From positions 1-11,283 of the forward strand of contig JANOTL010000087.1 of NCBI GenBank assembly GCA_031416315.1: a DNA stretch of 11,283 bases, in the 5' to 3' direction. Origin of the DNA: Pseudomonadota bacterium (GTDB lineage: Bacteria > Bdellovibrionota_B > Oligoflexia > Oligoflexales > CAIYRB01). Below are positions 1-6,987 of this stretch, one piece after another (within the stretch, counting starts at the first letter, position 1; each line of letters starts with the position of its first letter). The notes beneath the pieces were generated by a model. That model saw only the letters and a program-made list of their open reading frames with translations, was not told the origin of the DNA and ran no database searches. The position numbers and the translations under genes were made by a program.

Positions 1-134
1 GCTGCCCCCGGCTCGGGCGCGGGTGCGGGCGCGGGCGCGGCGCCAGGTCCCGGGGCGGGCGAGCCCGGCGGCGTCGGCGCGGGAACCGGGGTCGGAGCCG
101 GCGGCGGGGGCGTCGGTGGTGGTGGCGGCGGCGG
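1..134 (-). repeat. Low-complexity Pro/Ala/Thr-rich linker coding region
   Basis: Encodes PPPPPPPTPPPPAPTPVPAPTPPGSPAPGPGAAPAPAPAPEPGA, with CCG/CCA runs and GCGCCC-type hexamer repeats. Confidence 0.85.
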
Positions 135-632
135 CTCTTCGAGGCCGCCCACGATTTTAACGTCGGCGCAGGAGTAATAATTCGTCGGCGGATTGCGGTC
201 CGTCATCACCTGGATCAGCTGGATCGCGCAATTCGAGCAGTTCGTCGCCGGCACCTTCACCGTCGCGGAGTACTTGTGATAGGTCGCCGGATCGCCGAAG
301 TCGACCGGCCCGTCCTGATCGTCAAGGATTTCGTCGAGCAGGATCGTCTTATCGAAGTCGAGGTCGCCATACGGCGAGAAGGCGATGCGGTAGCGCCCGG
401 GGTGCTGGATCGTCTCCTCCCACTCGACGAGGAGGTCGGCGCCGGCGGTCAATTCGGTCCGCTTCGTCGGATCGGTGGTCGCGGCGACGCCGCCGCACGG
501 CGCCGTCTTCAAGCTCGAGCTGTCGTTCCGCGGCTTGATCGCGCCGGTCAGCGTGATGCGCGCGTGCCCGTGCGCCGAAGAGGCCGCAAAGCCGACCAAG
601 TATGCCGCTAGCACCCATCTGATCCCGTTCAT
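3..632 (-). CDS. Secreted histidine-brace / LPMO-like protein (resembles SCE4755-family polysaccharide monooxygenase-like proteins), 3'-truncated by window edge
   Basis: Translated by hand, since it is absent from the ORF track because there is no stop in the window: MNGIRWVLAAYLVGFAASSAHG|HARITLTGAIKPRNDSSSLKTAPCGG...VEWEETIQHPGRYRIAFS...VKVPATNCSNCAIQLIQVMTDRNPPTNYYSCADVKIV then PPPPPPPTPPPPAPTP. The predicted signal peptide ends A-H-G, giving mature His1 (codon 566-564). A second His lies in ETIQHPG (404-402). PCGG, CxxC-x2-Q and YYSCAD motifs are present. GGAGG precedes the ATG, which overlaps the upstream stop (ATGA). Confidence 0.85.
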   Translation of the reverse strand, partial: MNGIRWVLAAYLVGFAASSAHGHARITLTGAIKPRNDSSSLKTAPCGGVAATTDPTKRTELTAGADLLVEWEETIQHPGRYRIAFSPYGDLDFDKTILLDEILDDQDGPVDFGDPATYHKYSATVKVPATNCSNCAIQLIQVMTDRNPPTNYYSCADVKIVGGLEEPPPPPPPTPPPPAPTPVPAPTPPGSPAPGPGAAPAPAPAPEPGA

Positions 633-1708
633 GCGGTCCTCCACCAAGCGCCGAGCTCAAGCGCGTGCGCCGGCTCGATCGCCGCGCCTAGGCGCGGGGT
701 CATGATCTGCGCGCCATACTGCGGCGCCAACTTCGTCAGCGTCTCGACCGGCTCGTCCCAAGCATGCATCGCCAGGCTGAACGTGCCCCAGTGCACGGGC
801 AGGAGGAGACCCGAGCCCAGCATCTGATGCGCCTTCAGCGCGTTCTCCGGGCCCAGGTGGATGTCGCCCCAGGCTGGGTGCCAAGCGCCGATCTCCAGCA
901 GCACGAGGTCGAAGGGGCCGAGCCGGGCGCCGACCTCGCGAAATTCGTCGGTAAGCCCGGTGTCGCCGCTGAAGAAGACGGCGTGCCGATCGCTGCGCAA
1001 GGCCCAGCTCGACCAGGCGGTGATGTTGCGATCGTGCAGCGCCCGCCCGGAGAAATGCTGCGCCGGCGCCGCAGTGAGGGTCATGCGCCCGCCGGGGAGC
1101 GTGTGCGCTTCCCACCAGTCGAGCTCGACGATGCGCTCCGGCGGGATGCCCCACGCCTCTAGGCGCCCGCCGACGCCGAGCGAGGTGACGAAGGGCGTCT
1201 TGGCGTCCTGCGTCCTCTTCGCCAGCTCGCGCACGCTGAAGTGGCACAGGTGGTCGTAGTGATCATGCGAGATCAGGATCGCATCGAGAGGCGGCAGCGC
1301 GGCAATCGACGCGGGCGGCGCGTGAAAACGCCGCGGCCCCGCGAACGCGACGGGCGACACGCGCTCGCCGAACACCGGATCGGTCAGAACGCGCACGCCG
1401 CCCAGCTCCAGGAGCACCGTGGAGTGACCGAGCCACGTGGCGCGCAGCCCGGACGTCGGCGCCGCCTGCCAGGCGAGCAAGGGACTCTCCATGCGGAGCG
1501 GGGCCGGCGGCTTCCTTTGCGTCTGCGCGAAGAAATACTCGCCGAGCGTCGGCAAGGGGTTGCCCTTGAGCCCTTCGTTGACCTTGGCGGTGTTGTGGAA
1601 ACGGCCGTCACTGTAGCGCGAGGCGGCGCGCGCGCGCTCTTGCCGCAGGCCCGCCATGATCGGGCGGCAGCTCGCCAGACGCTCTTTGCGAGATGGTGTG
1701 AGGCTCAT
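629..1708 (-). CDS. MBL-fold metallohydrolase (RomA / NAPE-PLD-like, beta-lactamase superfamily)
   Basis: Motifs GRFHN, TWLGHSTVLLE, LTDPVFGERVSP, SHDHYDHL (HxHxDH), PAQHFSGR, FFSGDTG, IGAW, HLGPE and PVHWGTF. The supplied 2134 start overlaps thrA antisense, so the likely start is ATG 1708 (359 aa), with ATG 1657 as an alternative. Confidence 0.9.
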   Translation of the reverse strand: MSLTPSRKERLASCRPIMAGLRQERARAASRYSDGRFHNTAKVNEGLKGNPLPTLGEYFFAQTQRKPPAPLRMESPLLAWQAAPTSGLRATWLGHSTVLLELGGVRVLTDPVFGERVSPVAFAGPRRFHAPPASIAALPPLDAILISHDHYDHLCHFSVRELAKRTQDAKTPFVTSLGVGGRLEAWGIPPERIVELDWWEAHTLPGGRMTLTAAPAQHFSGRALHDRNITAWSSWALRSDRHAVFFSGDTGLTDEFREVGARLGPFDLVLLEIGAWHPAWGDIHLGPENALKAHQMLGSGLLLPVHWGTFSLAMHAWDEPVETLTKLAPQYGAQIMTPRLGAAIEPAHALELGAWWRTA

Positions 1709-1715
1709 GACGGAA

Positions 1716-1725
1716 ATGATACAAT
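1716..1725. promoter_or_regulatory. Putative bidirectional sigma70-type -10 element driving divergent, probably leaderless, transcripts
   Basis: ATGATACAAT: the + strand reads TG-n-TACAAT (extended -10, hexamer 1720-1725), 7 nt before ATG 1733. The - strand reads TATCAT (1721-1716), 7 nt before ATG 1708. Neither ATG has a convincing Shine-Dalgarno. Confidence 0.6.
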
Positions 1726-1732
1726 GCGAGCC

Positions 1733-4261
1733 ATGCTGGCTGTCGTAAAATTCGGCGGCACCTCGGTTCAGAACGCCGAGGCGCTGCAGCGCGTCGAGCG
1801 CATCGTCACGGGCCTCGCGGGCACGCGCCGCCTCGTCGTCGTCTTGTCGGCCATGGGCGGCGTCACCGACATGCTTCTCGACGCCGCTGCGAAGGCCGGG
1901 ACGGGGGCTCCCCACGCGGCCGCGGTCGCCGCTTTCGGGAGCCGTCACGAGGAGTTGGCACGCGCCATCCTCGCGCCGGGAGCGCGCCTCGACGAGGCCT
2001 TGGCGCTCGTCAAGGCGACGACCGACGACCTGGCCCTCGTTTGCCAGAGCCTTTCGGTGCTTCGTGAGACGACGCCGCGCATCGAGGGCCTCGTCGTCGC
2101 GCGGGGCGAGCGGACCTTGGCGCGCCTCTTTCACCTTCTCCTAGCCGAGCGCGGCCTCAAGGCGACTTACGTCGACGCGGTCGAGATCGTCACGGTCAAG
2201 CGCCAGTTCGGCTCGATGTTCCCCGATCTCGAGACGACCGGCGAGTTGGCGCGCGCCCGCCTCGTGCCGCTCCTCGACGCGGGGCAGATCGTCATCGTCC
2301 CCGGCTACATCGGCAAAGGCCCCGAAGGCGAGCTCGTCACCCTGGGCCGCGGCGGCTCGGACCTGACGGCGACCGTCCTGGCGCAAGGCTTACGGGCCGA
2401 CTCGGTGACCCTCTACAAAGAAGTCGACGGCCTCCTCACGGCCGATCCGCGGCACGTCGCCGAGGCGCGCATCGTCTCTGAGGTGCATTACCGCGAGGCG
2501 GCGGAGCTCGCTTACTACGGCGCGAAGGTCTTGCATCCGCGCACGATCATCCCGCTCCTCGCGTTGAAGATCCCGCTTTTCGTGCGCAACACGTTCCGCC
2601 CCGACGAGCCGGGGACGCGCATCGCCGGCGACGTCCTCCCCGGCGCCTTCCCGGTGAAGGCCTTGACCGCGGCCTTCGGCCAGGCGCTCGTCGCCATCGA
2701 AGGCAAGGGCATGATGGGCGTCCCCGGCATCGCGGGCCGCACGTTCCAGGCCCTGGCGCAGGCCGGCATCTCGGTGTCGATGATCACCCAGGCTTCGAGC
2801 GAGGCGAGCATCTGCTTCATCGTGCCCGATGCCGAGGCGAAAGCCGCGCAGCGCGCGCTCACCGAGACCTTCGCCTTCGAGATCCAAAACGGCCTCATCG
2901 ACTCTGTGCAGCTGAAGATGAACCAAGCCGTCCTCGCCGTCGTCGGCCTCGGCATGAAGGGAACGCCGGGCATCGCCGCGCGCGCCTTCACCGCGCTCGC
3001 ACGCGCCGAGACCAACGTCGAGGCGATCGCGCAGGGCTCCTCCGAGCTCAACATCTCGCTCGTCGTCGATCAGGCCCACGCCGCGCGCGGCCTCGCGAGC
3101 CTCCACCGGGAGTTTCGGCTCGAGAAGCTGCGCACCCTGCCGCGCGCCACCGAGCACGAAGTGCATTGGGCGCTCTACGGTACGGGCCAGATCGGCCGCG
3201 CGCTCTTGCGGCAGACGATGGAGCAGCACGAGTACTTCCAACAAAAGATGGGCTTCGAGCTGAAATGCTTGGCGCTCGTCGACTCCTTCGGCCTGAGCCT
3301 CCGCGAGCAAGGCTTCGACCGCCGCGCGCTCGAGGACGCGATCGCGACCAAGGAGCGCGGTGGCCGGCTCGAAGGCGGAGACGGCGACGTCGCCCAACTG
3401 TGGCAGATCGCCGTGGCAAAGGGCGTCTTCGTCGACGCGACGGCGCGTGACACGGCGCCGCTCCTTCTGCAGGCGCTCCGCGCCGGCTGGCACGTCGTGG
3501 TGGCCAACAAAAAGCCTCTGGCCGTGGCGCAAGCGGCTTTCGACGAGCTCTTCGAGACGGCGCGCGCGCGCGGCGTTCACCTGCGCTACGAGGCAACGGT
3601 CGGCGCCGGCCTGCCGATCCTAGACACATTGACGAAGCTCGAGGAAGCCGGCGACGAAGTGAAGCGCATTGCGGGCTGCTTTTCCGGCACGCTCGGCTAC
3701 CTGATGACGGCGTTGGAGGGCGGCACCCGGTTCTCGAAGGCGGTCCTTTCGGCGCACGCCCTGGGCTACACCGAGCCGGATCCGCGCGAAGATCTCAGCG
3801 GCATGGACGTGGCGCGCAAGGCCCTGATCCTCGCGCGCACGCTCGGGCTCCGGCTCGACCTCGAGGACATCGAGGTCGAGGCGCTCTTCCCGGCCGCCCT
3901 GAGCCATGACGATCCGAAAATCTTCCTGTCGGGCCTCGCCGCGCTCGACGACGCATGGACCGATCGCCTGGAGAAAGCGCGTCGCGACGGCAAGGCGCTC
4001 CGCTACGTCGCGAGCATCACGCGCGAAGGCGCAGCGCAAGGCAAGCTCCGCGTCGGCGTCGAGGCGGTTCCCCTCGCCTCCCCGCTCGGCCGGCTGCAAG
4101 GGACGGACAATCAGGTGACGCTGACGACGCGCCGCTACGACGCGAATCCCCTGGTCGTCAGCGGCCCTGGAGCGGGTGCCGCCGTGACGGCCGCCGGCGT
4201 GCTCAACGATCTGCTGGCGATCGCGACGAGCGGGCGCCGTGCGGGGCGGGATAAGTCGTGA
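1733..4261 (+). CDS. thrA: Bifunctional aspartate kinase / homoserine dehydrogenase I
   Basis: AK motifs VKFGGTSV, VVLSAMGGVTD, TLGRGGSDLTA and VDGLLTADPR. Two ACT domains (GKGMMGVPG...QASSE; GLGMKGTPG...QGSSELNIS). HSDH motifs GTGQIG, VANKKP, YEATVGAGLP, GYTEPDPREDLSGMDVARK and GPGAG. The start is ATG 1733 (842 aa) or 1724; the ORF-track start at 1241 is an artefact. Confidence 0.96.
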   Translation: MLAVVKFGGTSVQNAEALQRVERIVTGLAGTRRLVVVLSAMGGVTDMLLDAAAKAGTGAPHAAAVAAFGSRHEELARAILAPGARLDEALALVKATTDDLALVCQSLSVLRETTPRIEGLVVARGERTLARLFHLLLAERGLKATYVDAVEIVTVKRQFGSMFPDLETTGELARARLVPLLDAGQIVIVPGYIGKGPEGELVTLGRGGSDLTATVLAQGLRADSVTLYKEVDGLLTADPRHVAEARIVSEVHYREAAELAYYGAKVLHPRTIIPLLALKIPLFVRNTFRPDEPGTRIAGDVLPGAFPVKALTAAFGQALVAIEGKGMMGVPGIAGRTFQALAQAGISVSMITQASSEASICFIVPDAEAKAAQRALTETFAFEIQNGLIDSVQLKMNQAVLAVVGLGMKGTPGIAARAFTALARAETNVEAIAQGSSELNISLVVDQAHAARGLASLHREFRLEKLRTLPRATEHEVHWALYGTGQIGRALLRQTMEQHEYFQQKMGFELKCLALVDSFGLSLREQGFDRRALEDAIATKERGGRLEGGDGDVAQLWQIAVAKGVFVDATARDTAPLLLQALRAGWHVVVANKKPLAVAQAAFDELFETARARGVHLRYEATVGAGLPILDTLTKLEEAGDEVKRIAGCFSGTLGYLMTALEGGTRFSKAVLSAHALGYTEPDPREDLSGMDVARKALILARTLGLRLDLEDIEVEALFPAALSHDDPKIFLSGLAALDDAWTDRLEKARRDGKALRYVASITREGAAQGKLRVGVEAVPLASPLGRLQGTDNQVTLTTRRYDANPLVVSGPGAGAAVTAAGVLNDLLAIATSGRRAGRDKS

Positions 4262-5208
4262 CGGCGGTGCGCGTCTTCGTGCCGGCCTCGATCGGCAACG
4301 TCGGCCCTGGTTTCGACGTTCTGGGCGTGGCGGTCGAAGGGCTGGGCGACGTCATAACGCTCGAGCTCACGACGAGCACCTCGGCGAGCATAGGCGTGGT
4401 GAGCGGGCGCGACGCGGAGCTGATCCCACGCGATCCGAAGAAGAACTGCGCGGCGATCGCCGCGACCTCGTTCCTCAGGCGTTGCGGCGCCAGCCATGCC
4501 GCAATCCTGGGCTTCGAGCGTCGGCTGCCGCTCGCAGGCGGTCTTGGCTCGAGCGCGGCGGCGAGTGTCGCGGGCGCCTTCGCCGCGGCGGTCGCCACCG
4601 GCTGCGTTCTAGGCGCGGATGCGAACGCGGCGCGCCCCGACGTTCTCGCGTGGATCTTCGAGGCCGCGCTCGACGGCGAGAGCGCGGTCGCGGGGCGGCA
4701 CTTGGACAACATCGCGCCGATGCTGCTCGGCGGCCTTTGCTTGGCCTTAGGCGTCGCGCCACCGCGCGCCGTGCGCCTCCCGGTCCAGGGCGACTGGTGG
4801 CTCACCGTCGTCTCGCCGGCGCTGCGCGTCGAGACGAAAGCTGCTCGCGCGGTGCTGCCGGATCAGGTCGAGCGCGCCCTCTTCGTGAAGCAGATGGCCT
4901 GCACCACGGGGGTCGTCACGGCCTTCGCGACGGGAGACGCCGCGCTCCTGCGTGACTCTTTGCATGATCACTTCGCCGAGCCACGGCGCGCGCCCTTAAT
5001 CGCGGGATTCGCCGCGGTCAAAGCCGCGGCCCTCGCCGCCGGCGCGCTCGGCGCCTCGATCAGCGGCGCCGGGCCCACGATCTTCGCCGTCTCCCCTACC
5101 AAAGACGTCGCGACGGCCGCCGCCGCGGCGATGGGCCAGGCCTTCCTCCCCGTCGCCAGCGAAGCGCACGTTGGGCGTATCGATTCCCGCGGAGTGCGCG
5201 TCGTATGA
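4258..5208 (+). CDS. thrB: Homoserine kinase (GHMP family)
   Basis: Motifs PASIGNVGPGFDVLG, PLAGGLGSSAAAS (GHMP ATP loop), HLDNIAPMLLGG and ISGAGPT. The GTG start overlaps the thrA stop (GTGA). Confidence 0.95.
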   Translation: MTAVRVFVPASIGNVGPGFDVLGVAVEGLGDVITLELTTSTSASIGVVSGRDAELIPRDPKKNCAAIAATSFLRRCGASHAAILGFERRLPLAGGLGSSAAASVAGAFAAAVATGCVLGADANAARPDVLAWIFEAALDGESAVAGRHLDNIAPMLLGGLCLALGVAPPRAVRLPVQGDWWLTVVSPALRVETKAARAVLPDQVERALFVKQMACTTGVVTAFATGDAALLRDSLHDHFAEPRRAPLIAGFAAVKAAALAAGALGASISGAGPTIFAVSPTKDVATAAAAAMGQAFLPVASEAHVGRIDSRGVRVV

Positions 5209-6467
5209 GCCAAGTCGCCAAGCTCGGATGCCTCGAATGCTCGCAGTCGTATGCGCTCCACGAGACGCGCTTCGTCTGCGACTGCGGGGGCCAGTTGGAA
5301 GTGCGGCATCCACCCGCGGCTTTCGTGCCAAACGCCGTTTTCGACGCGCGCGCGCTCAGCCGCGCAGACGTCGACACGAGCGGAGTCTGGCGCTTTCGCG
5401 AGGCCGTCCTCAACCTCGATCCCAGAGAAGTCGTGACGCATCCCGAAGGGGGCACGCGGCTCTACGAGCGCGCGGTGCTCGCGCGTTTCGCAGGACTGGA
5501 CGGCGGCGTCTTCCTGAAGCACGAGGGCGAGAACCCGACCGGCTCGTTCAAGGATCGCGGCATGACGGTCGCCGTCACGCAGGCGAAGCGCGTCGGCGCG
5601 AAGTGGCTCGCCTGCGCCTCTACGGGGAATACCAGCGCGTCGCTCGCGGCCTATGCGGCGCAGGCGGGGCTGCCCGCGGTCGTCTTCGTCCCTGCGGGGA
5701 AAGTGTCGACCGGGAAGCTGGCGCAAACTTTGGCCTACGGCGCGACCGTGGTGGCGGTGCGCGGCGACTTCGACGCGGCCATGCGCCTCGTGCAGGAGTC
5801 CGCGACGCAGCTGGGTGCCTACCTCGTCAACTCGCTCAATCCGTTCCGGATCGAAGGGCAGAAGACGATCATCTGGGAGATGCTCGCCCAGCGCGCCTGG
5901 AAGGCGCCCGACTGGATCGTCGTCCCCGCCGGAAACCTCGGCAACACCTCCGCCTTCGGCAAGGCGCTCAAAGAGGCCAAAGCCGCCGGCTGGATCGACC
6001 GCCTGCCGCGTCTCGTCGCCGTGCAGGCGCGCGGCGCCAATCCCTTCTTCCGCAGCTTCGCAGGCGATTTCGCGCGGCGCGAGGCGGTGGCCGCAGAGAC
6101 GGTCGCGACCGCGATCCGGATCGGTGATCCGGTGAATTTTCCGCGGGCGGTGCGCGCGATCCGGGCCACGAACGGGCTCGTCCTGGACGTCTCCGACCAG
6201 GAGATCATGGCGGCGAAGAAGGCGATCGACGGCGCCGGGATCGGCTGCGAGCCGGCGAGCGCGGCCACGCTCGCGGGGCTGAAGAAGCTGGTCGAGGCGA
6301 AGACGGTGAAAGCGGGAGATTGCGTGGTCGGGATTTTGACCGGCCACGTTCTGAAAGATACCGAGGCGGTCATGAAGGCGGGGTTTGGGGCGCCGTTCGT
6401 GGTGCACGAGATCGAGCCGGAGATTGGGGCGTTGCGAGGGCTTTTGGGGGCGCTCGGGAAATTGTGA
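5205..6467 (+). CDS. thrC: Threonine synthase (PLP fold type II, with N-terminal Cys zinc-ribbon-like segment)
   Basis: N-terminal CLEC...CDCGG, KHEGENPTGSFKDRG (PLP lysine), CASTGNTSASLAAYAA, NSLNPFRIEGQKT, PAGNLGN, EPASAA and LTGHVLKD. ATGA overlap with thrB, with GGAG upstream. Confidence 0.95.
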   Translation: MSQVAKLGCLECSQSYALHETRFVCDCGGQLEVRHPPAAFVPNAVFDARALSRADVDTSGVWRFREAVLNLDPREVVTHPEGGTRLYERAVLARFAGLDGGVFLKHEGENPTGSFKDRGMTVAVTQAKRVGAKWLACASTGNTSASLAAYAAQAGLPAVVFVPAGKVSTGKLAQTLAYGATVVAVRGDFDAAMRLVQESATQLGAYLVNSLNPFRIEGQKTIIWEMLAQRAWKAPDWIVVPAGNLGNTSAFGKALKEAKAAGWIDRLPRLVAVQARGANPFFRSFAGDFARREAVAAETVATAIRIGDPVNFPRAVRAIRATNGLVLDVSDQEIMAAKKAIDGAGIGCEPASAATLAGLKKLVEAKTVKAGDCVVGILTGHVLKDTEAVMKAGFGAPFVVHEIEPEIGALRGLLGALGKL

Positions 6468-6796
6468 TGCTGCGATTTGGCTCCGCCTCTGTCAGGATCC
6501 GCCCCATGCGGTCCTTTGCCCAAGCTCTCCTGTTTCATTGCCCAGAATGCGCCGCGCCCTTCAGCCGGTTGAAGGTCCTGACCGCGCGGCTCTCGCTCAC
6601 TTGCCCGGCGTGCGGCGCGCGGCTCACCTGGGCCTTGAACGGCATCCTCGCGTGCATCGCGTTGCAGGGCTCGATCGCCGTCCTTCTGCAGGCCTTCCCG
6701 GACCGCGTTTCCGAGCTCACAGGCGGCCTCTTGCTCCTCGGCCTGCCGCTCTTCTTGATGCCGCTCTTGATTACGATCCGACCAAGAAATCAGTGA
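6467..6796 (+). CDS. Small putative zinc-ribbon membrane protein (CPEC-x17-CPAC plus two hydrophobic helices)
   Basis: Reads HCPECAAPFSRLKVLTARLSLTCPACGARL, followed by hydrophobic segments ALNGILACIALQGSIAVLL and GGLLLLGLPLFLMPLLITI. Start is either ATG 6467 (TGATG overlap with thrC, 109 aa) or ATG 6506 (96 aa). Confidence 0.7.
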   Translation: MLRFGSASVRIRPMRSFAQALLFHCPECAAPFSRLKVLTARLSLTCPACGARLTWALNGILACIALQGSIAVLLQAFPDRVSELTGGLLLLGLPLFLMPLLITIRPRNQ

Positions 6797-6797
6797 C

Positions 6798-6847
6798 TTA
6801 AAAAACTCTTTCATCTCCGGACGACTCTGCTAATATCCCCCTTCCGC
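6798..6847 (+). promoter_or_regulatory. Putative tRNA promoter
   Basis: A-tract TTAAAAAA (6798-6805), possible -35 TTTCAT (6809-6814), extended -10 TG-c-TAATAT (6828-6836) and a C-rich discriminator-like stretch, ending just upstream of the tRNA. Confidence 0.6.
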
Positions 6848-6853
6848 AGCAGT

Positions 6854-6929
6854 CGGGGTGTAGCGCAGTTGGTAGCGCGCTACGTTCGGGACGTAGAGGT
6901 CGCAAGTTCGAATCTTGTCACCCCGACCA
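6854..6929 (+). tRNA. tRNA-Pro (anticodon CGG)
   Basis: 76 nt. Acceptor stem CGGGGTG/CACCCCG, D-arm GCGC-AGTTGGTA-GCGC, anticodon arm CTACG-TT CGG GA-CGTAG (anticodon 6887-6889), T-arm GCAAG-TTCGAAT-CTTGT, discriminator A and encoded CCA. Confidence 0.97.
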
Positions 6930-6946
6930 CTTTGAAAATCCGAGAC

Positions 6947-6977
6947 GCCCGACGCAGACGCGTCGGGCTTCTTCGTT
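6947..6977 (+). terminator. Intrinsic terminator downstream of the tRNA, possibly also serving the convergent hemerythrin gene
   Basis: Perfect 9-bp stem GCCCGACGC (6947-6955) / GCGTCGGGC (6960-6968) with an AGAC loop, followed by TTCTTCGTT. Confidence 0.75.
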
Positions 6978-6987
6978 GGCTCGTCCG

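Noticed and set aside
1..134. G-rich repeats as a CRISPR array or non-coding repeat
   Set aside because: There is no repeat-spacer structure, and the pattern is fully explained by Pro/Ala codons on the minus strand.
629..1708. MBL gene as an antibiotic-resistance metallo-beta-lactamase or an anti-phage nuclease
   Set aside because: The motif set matches the RomA/NAPE-PLD-like branch. There is no signal peptide and no defence or mobile context.
1241..1732. N-terminal extension of the 1006-aa ORF (apparent ThrA fusion)
   Set aside because: It is antisense to the MBL gene and Arg-rich nonsense. Aspartokinase homology begins at MLAVVKFGG.
1709..2134. N-terminal extension of the 501-aa MBL ORF
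   Set aside because: It is the antisense shadow of thrA. MBL-family similarity begins only near ERARAASRYSDGRFHN.
2390..6814. Long antisense ORFs (396, 479, 331 aa) and alternative-frame ORFs over thrABC
   Set aside because: These are expected stop-poor shadow frames in high-GC coding DNA and have no recognisable motifs.
1..6929. Functional link between tRNA-Pro(CGG) and the CCG-rich polyproline linkers nearby
   Set aside because: CCG is the dominant Pro codon in high-GC genomes and tRNAs act in trans, so proximity is uninformative.
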